In this document: positions 12,193 to 23,837 of the stretch, one piece after another | Numbering within the stretch: the stretch's first letter is position 1 | How the letters are laid out: every line of letters starts with the position of its first letter | Source: Octopus bimaculoides | Lineage: Eukaryota | NCBI RefSeq assembly: GCF_001194135.2 | Contig: NC_068998.1 | Span: forward strand, 39,681,085-39,745,084 | DNA length: 64,000 nucleotides | Direction: 5' to 3' | Program-made: the position numbers and the translations under genes | Notes under the pieces: model-generated | Databases searched by the model: none | The model's input: the letters and a program-made list of their open reading frames with translations, nothing else | What the model was told of the DNA's origin: nothing

Positions 12193-12929
12193 AAATAATA
12201 ATAATAAAACTTATTTTCTCTCATCATCCATAGTGTGTTTTAGTCTACCCTAGGCCCTACTCAAACCAATAACAAACCCAACCCTTTTTATACAATGTTT
12301 TAGCCCCCACCTCTGGAATTATCTACATCTCAATTTTCTCATCCTACAGACCTTGATATACTGATATACAAACTAGACATCAAACGTATCAATCCAACTA
12401 GATGTGGAGAGAATGTAAAGGTCACAAGCATTTCTAATGGTCAAGCACTTCCTCTTCTCATGAAACTATTTACAAGAATTATAGTCATGAATTTGTTTTC
12501 CAAGGTTCCTGAAGTGAAACCATGTGTTGAAACAGATATTGTTTATATTTTAGGATGGTCATCCCCCCCCCCCCAGATAAACACACACACTATATATTCG
12601 TTCTCCACTTGTTTTTTATCGTTCTTATTTTATCCTATGTCAATTGCCTGGAAATATTTCATCACACATCTGTAACCTCTTCAGCAACTTTTCCATCCAT
12701 GTATATNNNNNNNNNNCAACTTTTCCATCCATGTATATTCTCCTGTTCTGTTTAGTCCATTCTGTCTTTCAGACAATGGGCATGAGATAAATTAAGAACA
12801 ATAATAAATGAGTGGAGAACAAATATATAGCGTATGTGTTTACTTGGCAAGTAAAAAAAAAAAAAAAAAATAACCATCCTGAAATATAACAATATTTAGA
12901 AGAAATTGTAAACAACACAAATTTCAAAA

Positions 12930-13817
12930 GAGATGTTGGCAAAAGAAAACAGCCAAACGCAGTATCTTCAATTAGGTTTTAGTACCTATCCTCACCTGCG
13001 GTCACGGATATTGAGTAATGACCAAAAACTGTACAACATCAAAAACAAGAGAATGAAATGAAGTTCCTTTTAAGGATCTCTGGAGTAACCTTACTTGACA
13101 GAGTGCGGAACTTGGAGATCAGGGAGTCATTGCAGGCTGAACTTCTCCTTCTCCACATTGGGAGTATTAGCTCCAGTACTATGGATATAAGATTAGAATA
13201 TCACAGGAAAGTATCACAAGATGGATTCTTTAAGCTGAGCTAACTGGTAGGAGACCCAGTGGGTAAACCAAGAACAAAATGGTTGGATAGGCATAGGTGC
13301 AGGTGTGGCTGTATGGAAAGACGCTTACTTCCCAACCATGTGGTTCCAGGTTCAGTCCTACTTTGTGGCGCCTTGGAAAAGTGTCTTCTATTATAACCTT
13401 GGGTGGACCAAAGCCTTGCGAGTGGATTTGGTAGATGGAAACTGAAAGACACTCATTGTGTGTGAGTGTGTCTGTCCCTCACCATTGCTTAACAACCAGT
13501 GTTTGTGTGTTTACATCCTTGTAATTTAGCAGTTTGTCAATAGAAACTGTTAGAATAAGTACTAAGCTTAAGAAAAATAAGTACTGGGGTCGATAAGTCC
13601 AACTAAAATTCTTCAAGGTGGTGCCCCAGCATGGCCATAGTGTCTAATGACTGAAATGAGTAAAAGATAGTCATAGCTGGCCATGCTTGGGAATCCAGCC
13701 CGAAAGTGCAATAATGGTTGCGCCTGATGGGATCTTAAGAATGAGGTGCCTGAGGACTTTGCCCCTACCACCCTCCAAGGAATAGCAGGCGGTGAAGACA
13801 GATGGGATGGGATGGAT
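12930..13817 (+). mobile_element. RTE-clade (Expander/Rex3-like) LINE 3' fragment, split by a SINE
   Basis: Translation VPILTCGH..VMT..EMKFLLRISGVTLLDRVRNLEIRESLQAELLLLHI...TGRRP...KW. It resumes after the SINE as CLGIQPE...LPLPP.. and ends GCGGTGAAGACA(GATGG)n. Confidence 0.8.
13297..13665 (+). mobile_element. SINE S1 nested in the RTE fragment
   Basis: Full S1 body flanked by an 11-bp duplication GATAG(G/T)CATAG (13286-13296 and 13666-13676). Confidence 0.8.
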
Positions 13818-14307
13818 AAACTTCAGTATACCTGACATTTTTTTGCTCCTTTTAGATTCACGCTTTGTTTGTGTGTTAATAGGATCTTACTGAGAATGTA
13901 TGCATGAATGAATGTTATTTCAATGTCTTTGTGTCTATTTGTAAGCAAGTATGTATGGAACAGAATAAAATCATAAACAAGCAGACAGCAAGTATCAGAT
14001 TAGATTATGACATATTTAGACTTATGCAACATATAGAGAGAAACAAATGCATAATCTTCATTATCATCATTATGTTAAAGCCTGATTTCCATGCTGGCAT
14101 GGGTCAGACAATTTCACCAGAACTGACAGGCTGGAAAGATGCACCAGGTTCCCATCTGATTTAGCATGGTTTCTACAGCTGGATGCCCTTCTTAACACCA
14201 ATCACTTTACAATGTCTGCTGGGTGCTTTTATACGTATGTGTGTGTGTGTATGTATATATATATATATGCGTGTATATATATGTGTGTGTGTGTGTGTGT
14301 ATATATA

Positions 14308-14400
14308 CAGGGGTTGGACAAAATAATGGAAACACTTAGTATCATAGCATCATAATTTTGAAATATCTATAAAACTGTCAAAAGCTCTATCACTTGTCAA
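14308..14400. mobile_element. Isolated Tc1-like terminus
   Basis: TA|CAGGGGTTGGACAAAATAATGGAAACAC resembles Tc1-family TIRs. No partner TIR was found. Confidence 0.5.
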
Positions 14401-14404
14401 AAGG

Positions 14405-14530
14405 CAGAACAATGAAGTGGCTTGGGCATGTAACACAGCACCATGACATCCGACTTCTAGTGAGTATAGCCATGCATGGACACATTCTTCGTGACAGAAG
14501 TTATAAAAAGATTGTAAAGACAGAACAACG
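14405..14530 (+). mobile_element. Possible RTE-like LINE C-terminal remnant
   Basis: Translation MKWLGHVTQHHDIRLLVSIAMHGHI resembles the RTE motif L.W.GHV.R......... Short and weak. Confidence 0.35.
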
Positions 14531-14900
14531 ATGAGCAACAAGGAGTGGTAGATGATGATGATGAAAACATGAGGTTTACTGAGGATTTGGGAAAGACGAG
14601 GTCGTATCTGTTACTGTGTGCCTATGATCTCCTTGAGATTACACACACACACACACACACACATATACATATTATGTATATATTAATGATTCGTGACAAA
14701 GTGCTGCATGTCTCATCACACTATGAGATCAGTATGTTGAAATAGGCTGCAGTTTGTCATGAATCATTTAAATGAATATTTATTCTCAATGATTTTATAT
14801 TTTAATCCATTATTTGATAGTAGCTATTAGTAATATTACTAGTTCATTGAACATACACACACATAAATGGGTAGACAGGCTGTTAGATAGACAAATAGAT

Positions 14901-14938
<38 letters not shown>

Positions 14939-17127
14939 GTACACACAACAAGGTGTTATAGTGTGCCTTCTTGGGCAAGTGTCTTCTATTATAGTCCTAG
15001 GCCACACCAATGTCTTGTGAATGAGTTTGATAGATAGAAACTGCATTAAAGCTCTTCATGCGAATGCTTCCCCCACCATGACCACCACTTGACAAGTGTT
15101 GCTTTATTTATATTCCTGTAACCTGGTGGTTTGGCAAAAACAGAGAGAAGAAGAACTGATCTAAAAATAAGTACTGGGGTTGATTTGTTCAATTAAACAT
15201 TCCAGACAGTCTCCCAGCATGGATCCAGTCTAACATCTGAAACGAGTAAAAGAATGTAAAGATTGTGTGCACAAAGCTTCACTGGGCTCTAACTATAAAC
15301 TGTCTTATTATTGACCAACCTCTAAATTCTGTGTTGTTTTGTTTTTTGACTCAGTCAAACATTACAATATAAAGTTTGCTTCCCAACCACATAGTCCCAG
15401 GTTCAGTCCCACAGCATAGTATCTTGGGTAAGTGTCTTTAAGTATAGCCGTGGGCTAATTACTTATATAAGTACCAAGAAAAATAAGTGTGAATAAAAAC
15501 TGATACAAGCTAGAGTGAACTTTTTAATCCTGCTATAGGCAATGTCTCTGGTGTTGATAGCATTATACAACGTACATCCAATCTGTGCTTGTAAAAGGGT
15601 TAATAGCAGATAACAGGAATGTCATCCAGCCATTAAAAACGTTAAAAACAAACATAAAGACTGGTTGTTTTCTCTGCTGTTGACACTGCTACTGCTGTTG
15701 CTGTGAACCAGATAATGAAGGACTGTGTGGATTGTGACAGGTGGTAAGGTACTGTGAGACTGGTTCAACCCATGCCAGATGGAAAAAGTTGATAGTAAAT
15801 GATTATATATCTATAATATGTACACACGCATATATGTGTTTCTGTATACAGGTAGGTATGTATATGTATGCATATATGGAGGCAATTATGCAGATAAACA
15901 ATTTAGACACATTAAGTATATCAAATATAATAGTCTGCCTATGAAATACAAAATATGTATATATATATATATATGTATACATGCAAAATGAGAGAAAAGA
16001 AAAGGTGGAGACTTTCAGATGGTGAATTTTATTAAAGTAGAAATGTATAGATATTTATATTAATAGGTCCAACAGAGTACAAACGACAGAGAAAACTATG
16101 CATATATGTATTAATTTTTCTTTAATTTTGCTTCATTCATTTTGTACATGTATTAAAGCATGCATGTATATGAGTGTGTGAATCTGTGTGTGAGTGTGTG
16201 TGTAACCAGTGGGTAATACTATGTCCTATGACATAAGACAATAGCTACATGCAATGAGTTCACAGGTTGAATTTGCACCCATGCTTCAGTTTTAATGAAG
16301 ACAGGCTATGGACAATGTATGACTGTCTGTTTACCGTTTTGCTCTTTTATACATTTGTGTGTGCATGTGTGTGAGTGAGTGAGATATAAGTAGAGAAAGA
16401 ATCAATACACAGTGATGGGAGGTACCTAAGTGGTTTTCAAATATAAATTTTTTGCAATAAATATATTGGCAGAGTGATCAGAGAGTAAAAAAAACCTGTT
16501 GCATATATTGAAGAAATAAGCCAATAAAATAACATCAAATTTGAATATTAAAAAAAAAAATAAATAAAAATCAGTAAAAATTGCACACTAAGGATTTTGA
16601 TAAATAGTTCAGCTGTTGACATAAGCAAACTTGGGGAACATTTTGTGTTTTTTTTTTTGGTATTTATTTTTTTCCAGTACTTTTATTCCAGCTGATACAT
16701 GTCTGTTTCGTTAGCTTAATTATTCTATAATATTGCTAAATGAATATGCAAGATAAGTTTCTGTTAATATTGTAAATAATCAAAAATTTGGAGAGATTTT
16801 TGTGAAATAACTAATTTATTATTAACTAATTTTGTCAATAACAACTTGTTTAGCCCTAGGTCAACCCTGACAGAGAAGACCTATGATGAAAGAAGTGATT
16901 ATTTGATGTGTTTTGTATAAGATGCTATGACATTTTTTTTTTACCTTGACAGCAAACCCAAACAACCTTTAACTCTTTAACATTTAAATTGGCCAGATCA
17001 GCCCAAATGTTTTATCTGTTTAATGTTCAAACCAGCCAGATCTGGCCTCCCACACTTACACTATAATGTCTTTCTAAAAATAAACAATCACCTCATCAAA
17101 ACCTCAAAGCTATGAGATAAAGCAAAG

Positions 17128-17462
17128 TTCTCCATCAATCTACTCCAAACATTTATGAATAGATATGTTCAGAACATCCTTCGAATGAAATGGCAAGAGA
17201 GACTCACAAAGAACCTATTGAAATCAAGATCAAGAGTAGAAATGGAGTTGGTTGCGACACACCCTACGGAAATCTGTTCCCAACATTACAAGGCAAGCCC
17301 CCTGATGTACACCCCAATGGAAATGGAAGTGTGACAGACCAAAAACTGAAGCATTAGCAGGTAGCTACAGCTGTGGACAACTGTAATCAGTTGTCAAAGA
17401 TCAAGACTGAAGGAAACCTCTTGTTGATGATCTATACTTCCCATGGAGTCAAAGGAATTAAT
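17128..17462 (+). mobile_element. RTE-clade LINE 3' fragment, decayed
   Basis: Translation with shifts: LQTFMNRYVQNILRMKWQE...IEIKIKSR.W.WL.HTLRKSVPNITRQA...PQWK..DRPK. This matches the RTE pattern LQ.F.N.CLR.IL.I.W...W.WIGHTLRK....ITRQAL.WNPQGKR..GRPK. Confidence 0.75.
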
Positions 17463-17623
17463 AAGTTGTAATTTTAAAAAGCTTTGATTACTATTTTTAG
17501 CTGATTAAGGGATCACAAAGAAGGTCTCTAGTTATTTCAACATTTATTTATATACCAGTGAGTACCTGGGGTCAAACCTGTTGCTATGATTTATAACTGA
17601 TTATTCGCAGCAACTGCATTCAA

Positions 17624-17845
17624 CCCTTTTGATACCAACCCACTTGAGATTATCCCTGGTTCTAAGACAGAAATTTCTATTTTAAAGTAATCTAAATTAA
17701 ACCCTTCCATCAAAATTCCAAGTTAATTCACATTTCAAACATTAGCTAAATAATGATAGCGTTATTTTACTGAATTCTTTATCTATTTTCAAAACTAATT
17801 GAAACAAAGTCAGTGGATTTCAATAGAAATATGGTAACAAAAGGG
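17624..17845. mobile_element. piggyBac-type MITE family A, full copy
   Basis: TCAA|CCCTTTTGATACCA ... TGGTAACAAAAGGG|CTAA. Related copies at about 1530-1760, 27080-27480 (split by S2), 35385-35680, 36125-36430 and 46880-47100. Confidence 0.7.
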
Positions 17846-19877
17846 CTAAAAGAATTAATTAAATCAAATTATTTTTATTGTGTAATAAATAATGAAATAT
17901 ACATACAATTATATGTGTGTGTGTGTGTATTTATACAATTTATAGATGGACAATTAAACATATGTACATTTCTTCTTTATATTCAACAAACTAAACGACC
18001 TGTTAGTGTTTTAACAAATTACAGAGCTATTGAAAATATAGCAGATAATTATTTTAGTTGTGCATAGTAATGGGAATGAGACAAACACAGGAGTAGGAGC
18101 GAAAAAGGAGACAGGCTGCCACTAACATTACACTTATATTAGTAGCGTAAATCAATTTTTGGAATATAGCAAAAGTATTTTTTACATAAAATTATGATTT
18201 AGGGTGGTTTTGAATCAAACAATCAAAGGATGACTGGGGTGAGTAGGCATTAAAATAATAAGCTCTTTGAGACAAATTCACAGGAGATGATAAAACAGAA
18301 ATGTCTGTTTTAGTGTGTTTATATAATTCATTCATATTTATAGGTGCAGAGATAGCTGTGTGGTTATGAAGTTCACTTCCCAACCACATGGTTTTAGGTT
18401 CAGTCCCACTATTTGATACCTTGACAGAATGTCTTCTACTGTGGCCTAGGACCAAACAAAACTCAAATAAGTTCATCACAAACACACATGTATGTGTGTT
18501 TACCTTCAACCACTCCTTGAGAGCCAATGTGGTTTGTTTACCAACTGATAATCTAACAACTCAGTGAAAGAGACCAATTTGTTTGATAAAAACCCTTCCA
18601 AGTAGAGCCCCAGCATAACCACAGTCCAACGGTTATGCTGGAGAAGCAAGTAAAAGATATGTGTGTGTATTTGTCTTTATCTTGATGTTGCATGGTAGTT
18701 GCCAATGAGTGCTGCTATCATTTGAGCGATGACCCTCATTTCCAATCTTCATTGAAAAAGGATCTGGACATGAAAAATATCTTGTTGGAAAGAGGTGAGC
18801 GTTGGCAACAGGAAGGGCATCTGGCTGTAAAAAAATTTGACTCAACAAATTCTGCCAGGCCAATGTAAGCATGGAAAAGTGAACATTATAATGAACCGAT
18901 ATAAAATGTGCATATGCGTGTGTGTGTACACATGCACATGCGTATGTGTGTGTGTGGGCATATGTGTTTGAGAGTGTGTGTTTCCTTATCTCTACGGTTA
19001 CACTGGTCTAAAAATTGTTGTTGTTTAGTAAGTCGTATCCTTAGTGGTTTAACAAATAGAAATCAATGAAAAAAACACGAGACTGAATGAAGTATGTAAT
19101 GGTTTTGTTATAATCAACTAAAATCCATGAAGGTGGTGCCCCAGTATGACCATGATCCAATGACTGAAACCAGTAAAAAACTTAAAGAGCATGGAACATG
19201 ATCTGTAGTAAAGGCAGAACCAATAATCTGTTGGCATTGAAACTTCCTCACCAATGACCACCACCAATGACCACCACCACCAACAACAACAACAAATATT
19301 AGCACAATTGAAATGAAGTTGAGGGAGAGAAAGGAAGAGGAAAGGTGTATGAGAGGGGAGGGGAAGTTACAACGGAAATGCCAGACACGAAATTCATAAG
19401 ATGCAAGCTTTTCCGAGTAGACATTTCCTAACAGGAAATAATTTTGGTACATAGGTGAATTATAATGACAGCGTTTGAAACAATACCAGCACCAATATCA
19501 CTGCCATTTTATTTCTGATGATATTTTAGTGAGTGGAAGAACATTCTAGCCCTTTCTTCAGTAGTAGTAGTAGTAGTACCAACAAAAAATGTGGAAGATT
19601 ATGGAAGTCTTTGTTAAAATTGGAATGGTGTACAGAAAGGGGGTGGGGAGGGGAAAATAGTGAAAGAAAGAGAATAAGTGAATGGGGGTGGAGAAATGAT
19701 GAAGGAAGGAAGGAAGGAAAGGATATATAGACAGAGAAGGTCGAAAAATGCTGATGGTCTTAGGAATGTCATCATTCCAAAGTAGACCATAGATTAACTG
19801 GAATACTATCAGATTTTCAATATAGCATATCTGTATGTATATACATATATACAATGTGTGTGCATATGTATATATTT

Positions 19878-19909
<32 letters not shown>

Positions 19910-20210
19910 TACACATATTAGCACAGGCATGGCAGTGTGACTAAGAAGTTTGCTTGTCAACCACATGTTTTCAGGCTCATGGTAGTTGGTTGATGTCTGA
20001 GGAGCTGAAAGCAAATTGAAACACTAAGCCTGGTAGTTCACTCGCTTCTGAAAAGGTGAAATCATGTTGAAAAACTGTGATTGGTAGTCGGCTGTTGGTA
20101 CCCAGCACTCAGCTCAAAATATTTGTGTCCATAGAAATTTTTCTTGAAGACAAAATGCTGAAGTGAATACCTTTAAGATTTCTTTGTGTACAAGAACAGA
20201 CTGAAAATAA

Positions 20211-20269
<59 letters not shown>

Positions 20270-20279
20270 CAGATTTAGG

Positions 20280-20466
20280 GCAGGGAATTGCTAATTAGTT
20301 AATAAAATTAATAATTAACAATTTTGCCAAGTAGTTCAGTATGTAAGAAGAGTGGAAAAGAATGAATTTTATATTCTTAATCACGAAACGTCGTACATGA
20401 TTAACTAAAGGCAAGTTTGTCTCTTCTGTTTTTGTTCTATGTGTGCCGTAGATATCGCCATCCGTT
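20280..20466 (+). mobile_element. Probable Penelope-like terminal-repeat remnant with a decayed hammerhead-like motif
   Basis: GAAGA-GTG[stem]CAC-GAAAC-GTC-GTA flanked by complementary arms. CpG-containing block between (TA)n tracts. Confidence 0.4.
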
Positions 20467-21337
20467 NNNNNNNNNNNNNNNNNNNNNNNNNNNNNNNNNN
20501 NNNNNNNNNNNNNNNNNNNNNNNNNNNNNNNNNNNNNNNNNNNNNNNNNNNNNNNNNNNNNNNNNNNNNNNNNNNNNNNNNNNNNNNNNNNNNNNNNNNN
20601 NNTATATATATATATATATATATAAAACTGACACTCCATTTATGGTGATAAGGCTTCCAGTTGATCTGATCAATGGACAGCCTGCTCATAAAATTAACAT
20701 GTAAGTGGCTGAGCACTCCACAGACATGTATATCCTTAATGTAGCTCTCAGAGAGAATCAGTGTGACACAGAATGTGACATGGCTGGCCCTTTTAATTAC
20801 CTGTATAACTCATTTTTGCCAGCTGAGTGGATTGGAGCAATGTGAAATAAAATGTCTTGCTCAGAGACACTGCACTCAATAAACAGTTCATTTAGGACAC
20901 AAAAGTAAGCTGGAATAATTTCTGTAAATTCTATTTTTTTTTTCGAATTAGACCTAAAATAATTACTCATATGGAAGACTTCTAAACTATGTCAGGTATG
21001 TCAGTTAAAAAAACAAAATTGTTTATAACTACAGTTCACCACTGAGTTTTGGGCAGCTACATAGATATGTGTCTGGGAGAGAGAGGAGGAGAGAGAGAGA
21101 AAGAGAACATTAAATCATGAATTTATATAGGTGTTTATAGCTTCATGTATATATAGTCGTGTGTGTATGTGTGCATACTGCTACATATACATATATACAC
21201 GTGTGTGTGTATATATATATATATATATTTATATATACACATATATAGATATATGTTCATGTATGGACATATATCTTTACATGTAGATGTGTTCTCACAT
21301 TCAGGCTTATTTGAGTGTGTGTGTGTGTGTGTGTGTG

Positions 21338-21385
<48 letters not shown>

Positions 21386-21708
21386 CAGACACACACACGC
21401 ACTATATATAGATTCACTTATCAAACATGTATGTAGATACATTTGATTTAGTGTACATACACTATATACACACACATACACATTATCTCTCAACATATTT
21501 GATTATGTAAATTATATTAACCCAAAATTATCCATAATCCTTTTTCTATATATAATAGCATAAGATACAATTACAATTAAGGGCATAGAAGAGACCTTAA
21601 TTATAATTGTATTTTATACTATTATAAATCTCTATATATGAATTCACCTTAATAGGTCTATATTATATGCTGGCCACTGATAAAAGCTCTAACAGTTTTA
21701 TCCTTATA

Positions 21709-21740
<32 letters not shown>

Positions 21741-22319
21741 TATACAAGCCTCTGGCAACTTGAGAGCAGTTCTTGTGAAACTCTACTATGCAGATACGGC
21801 GTAACAGACCAAGACATTCACCAGATCCACACACTAGGACTGGTCAGCCTGAAGCTACATTGTAGAAGACACTTGCCTAAGGTTCCATACAATGGGGTCA
21901 AACCCAAACTACATGATTGGAAAGCAAACCTCTTAACACCATGCAGCCATACCTCAGCTAATAAAATTTTCCATTTGATCTCCGGAGTACTTCTAAGGTA
22001 AAAACATTTAGAACCCGTGATACTGGCATGACGGTGTGGTTAAGAAGTTCACTTCCCAACCATGTCATTTTGGGTTCTGTCTCATTGTGCAGAACCTATA
22101 GAAAATATCTTCTGCTGTAACTCCCAGCCTAGCAAACTGACATGATGTAGTGATCCCTTTGTTAGCTTGTACTTCACAAAACTAATAAATATTAGTTTTG
22201 TACCTTAGAGTGATAAGTTCAAATCTTCAAATAAGTGCCAACTATGAATTTCTGCTTCCCAACAAGTAATGTCCTGGCCCCTTCCAGCCAGTCTTCCTTC
22301 ACTGCTCCTAAGGTCAGGG

Positions 22320-22575
22320 ATCTCCTTACAAGTTGACAAGACTTGCTACTGCTATCATGTAAACCAATACTACCTGAATCATGGTTGAGTGGTCAGAGAC
22401 TAAACCAGCTCCCTCACTTGAATAGCTTGCTACTGTTGTGACGAGGGCATCTAGACACCCAGCAGGATTAAAAACAAGACCTTTCGAAGGCCAGATGAGC
22501 TCTTTGCGGGCCAACAGCCATCCAGTTGAGGAAGGCAATGGCAAACTACCCCAATCTTTCTGCCAAGAAAACACT
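22320..22575 (-). mobile_element. Retroposon with an RTE/BovB-type 3' motif
   Basis: The reverse strand reads GTTTTCTTGGCAGAAAGATTGGGGTAGTTTGCCATTGCCTTCCTC, similar to the BovB/RTE motif TTTTCTTGGCAAG..ACTGGAGTGG.TTGCCATT.CCTTCTCC. Confidence 0.5.
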
Positions 22576-23482
22576 ATATATAGCATGGCTGTGTGGTAAG
22601 AAGTCTGCTTGTGTGTCTTTGTGCCTGTGTTTGTGCCCCACAACCACTATGAGAAAGTCCAAATGGAGAAACGTTTTCTCTTCATCTGATGAGAGAACTC
22701 GTGCTTAATTGGAAAGACTTTCACAGTAGTGTCATCAACATGCTGTAAAGTATATGATACATGATGACAACAATCAAGTAATGGTGGTGGTGGTGGAGGG
22801 GTTTAGATAAGTACCAGTTTTATACTAGGGTTGATTCAATTGATTTAATCCCTTATTATAGCTCTAATAAAAGGTTGTCTGATTTACTGAAATAATAGTC
22901 ACCCCCACCCTGCTCTTTGGGAGCAGTGAAGGAAAATCAGTTGGAAGGGGCTATGACAAATGGGGAGGGCCCTGCCACTTCACTAACCAAAGGAAATCCT
23001 TATTTAAACCCACCTCCCTACATCCTCTCAATTATTTTAGGGAACTCTAAAGAGGAAATTAAAGGCAAGTAATGGGTGTGGGGAAAGGAAAAGTATTAAT
23101 CTAGATATGTTGATCCTGTGTCAGAAAATGGGGCAGGGAGCACGGTGAGAAATGTTAAGATTATAATGATGATTATTACTGTGATTACCATGATGATCCT
23201 CATCATCATAATGGGGATTAGGGTTGAAGGGCTTGGGAAAATACCAGAATGTTCCTCCATTCAAACTGCTTCAGTCAATTACATGTTTGTAATTGACTGA
23301 AGGGATCCGACACGAAACTCTTCTATCTGATAGTAAACTATTGGGTAGAAGAAACAAAATGGTTGTGGTCAAGTGGATAAATACTGGAGAACCAACTCGT
23401 AGTATGTGAGTTCAAATCCAATGCAAGCATTCCATTGTAGTTCTAGCAATATATTGCTATGTTGCTTTGGGTCACTGCCACT

Positions 23483-23526
<44 letters not shown>

Positions 23527-23787
23527 ATATATATGCACACTCACACACACACATACATACGCGTGTGTGTGTCTTTGTTCCCCACAACCACTTGATGACT
23601 GATGTTGGTTTGTTTATGTCCCCATAACTTAGCAGTCCAGCAAAGGAGAACAGTAGAATAAGTACCAGGCTTTAAAAAAAAAAAAGTACTGGGGTCAATT
23701 CGTGTGACTAAGAAACTCTTCAAAGCAGTGCCCCAGAAGGGCCACAATATAATGACTGAAACAAGTAAAAAGATTTTAAAAAAAAGA

Positions 23788-23837
<50 letters not shown>

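Noticed and set aside
12303-12675. Stop-free plus-strand frame of about 120 codons
   Set aside because: It has no recognisable domain, runs through a poly-C tract and simple repeats, and lacks a good donor.
22685-22705. CTGATGAGAG...CTC motif suggesting a hammerhead core (also CTGAAGG...GAAAC at 23296-23320)
   Set aside because: No GAAA follows the stem in the first, and helix I cannot be paired in either.
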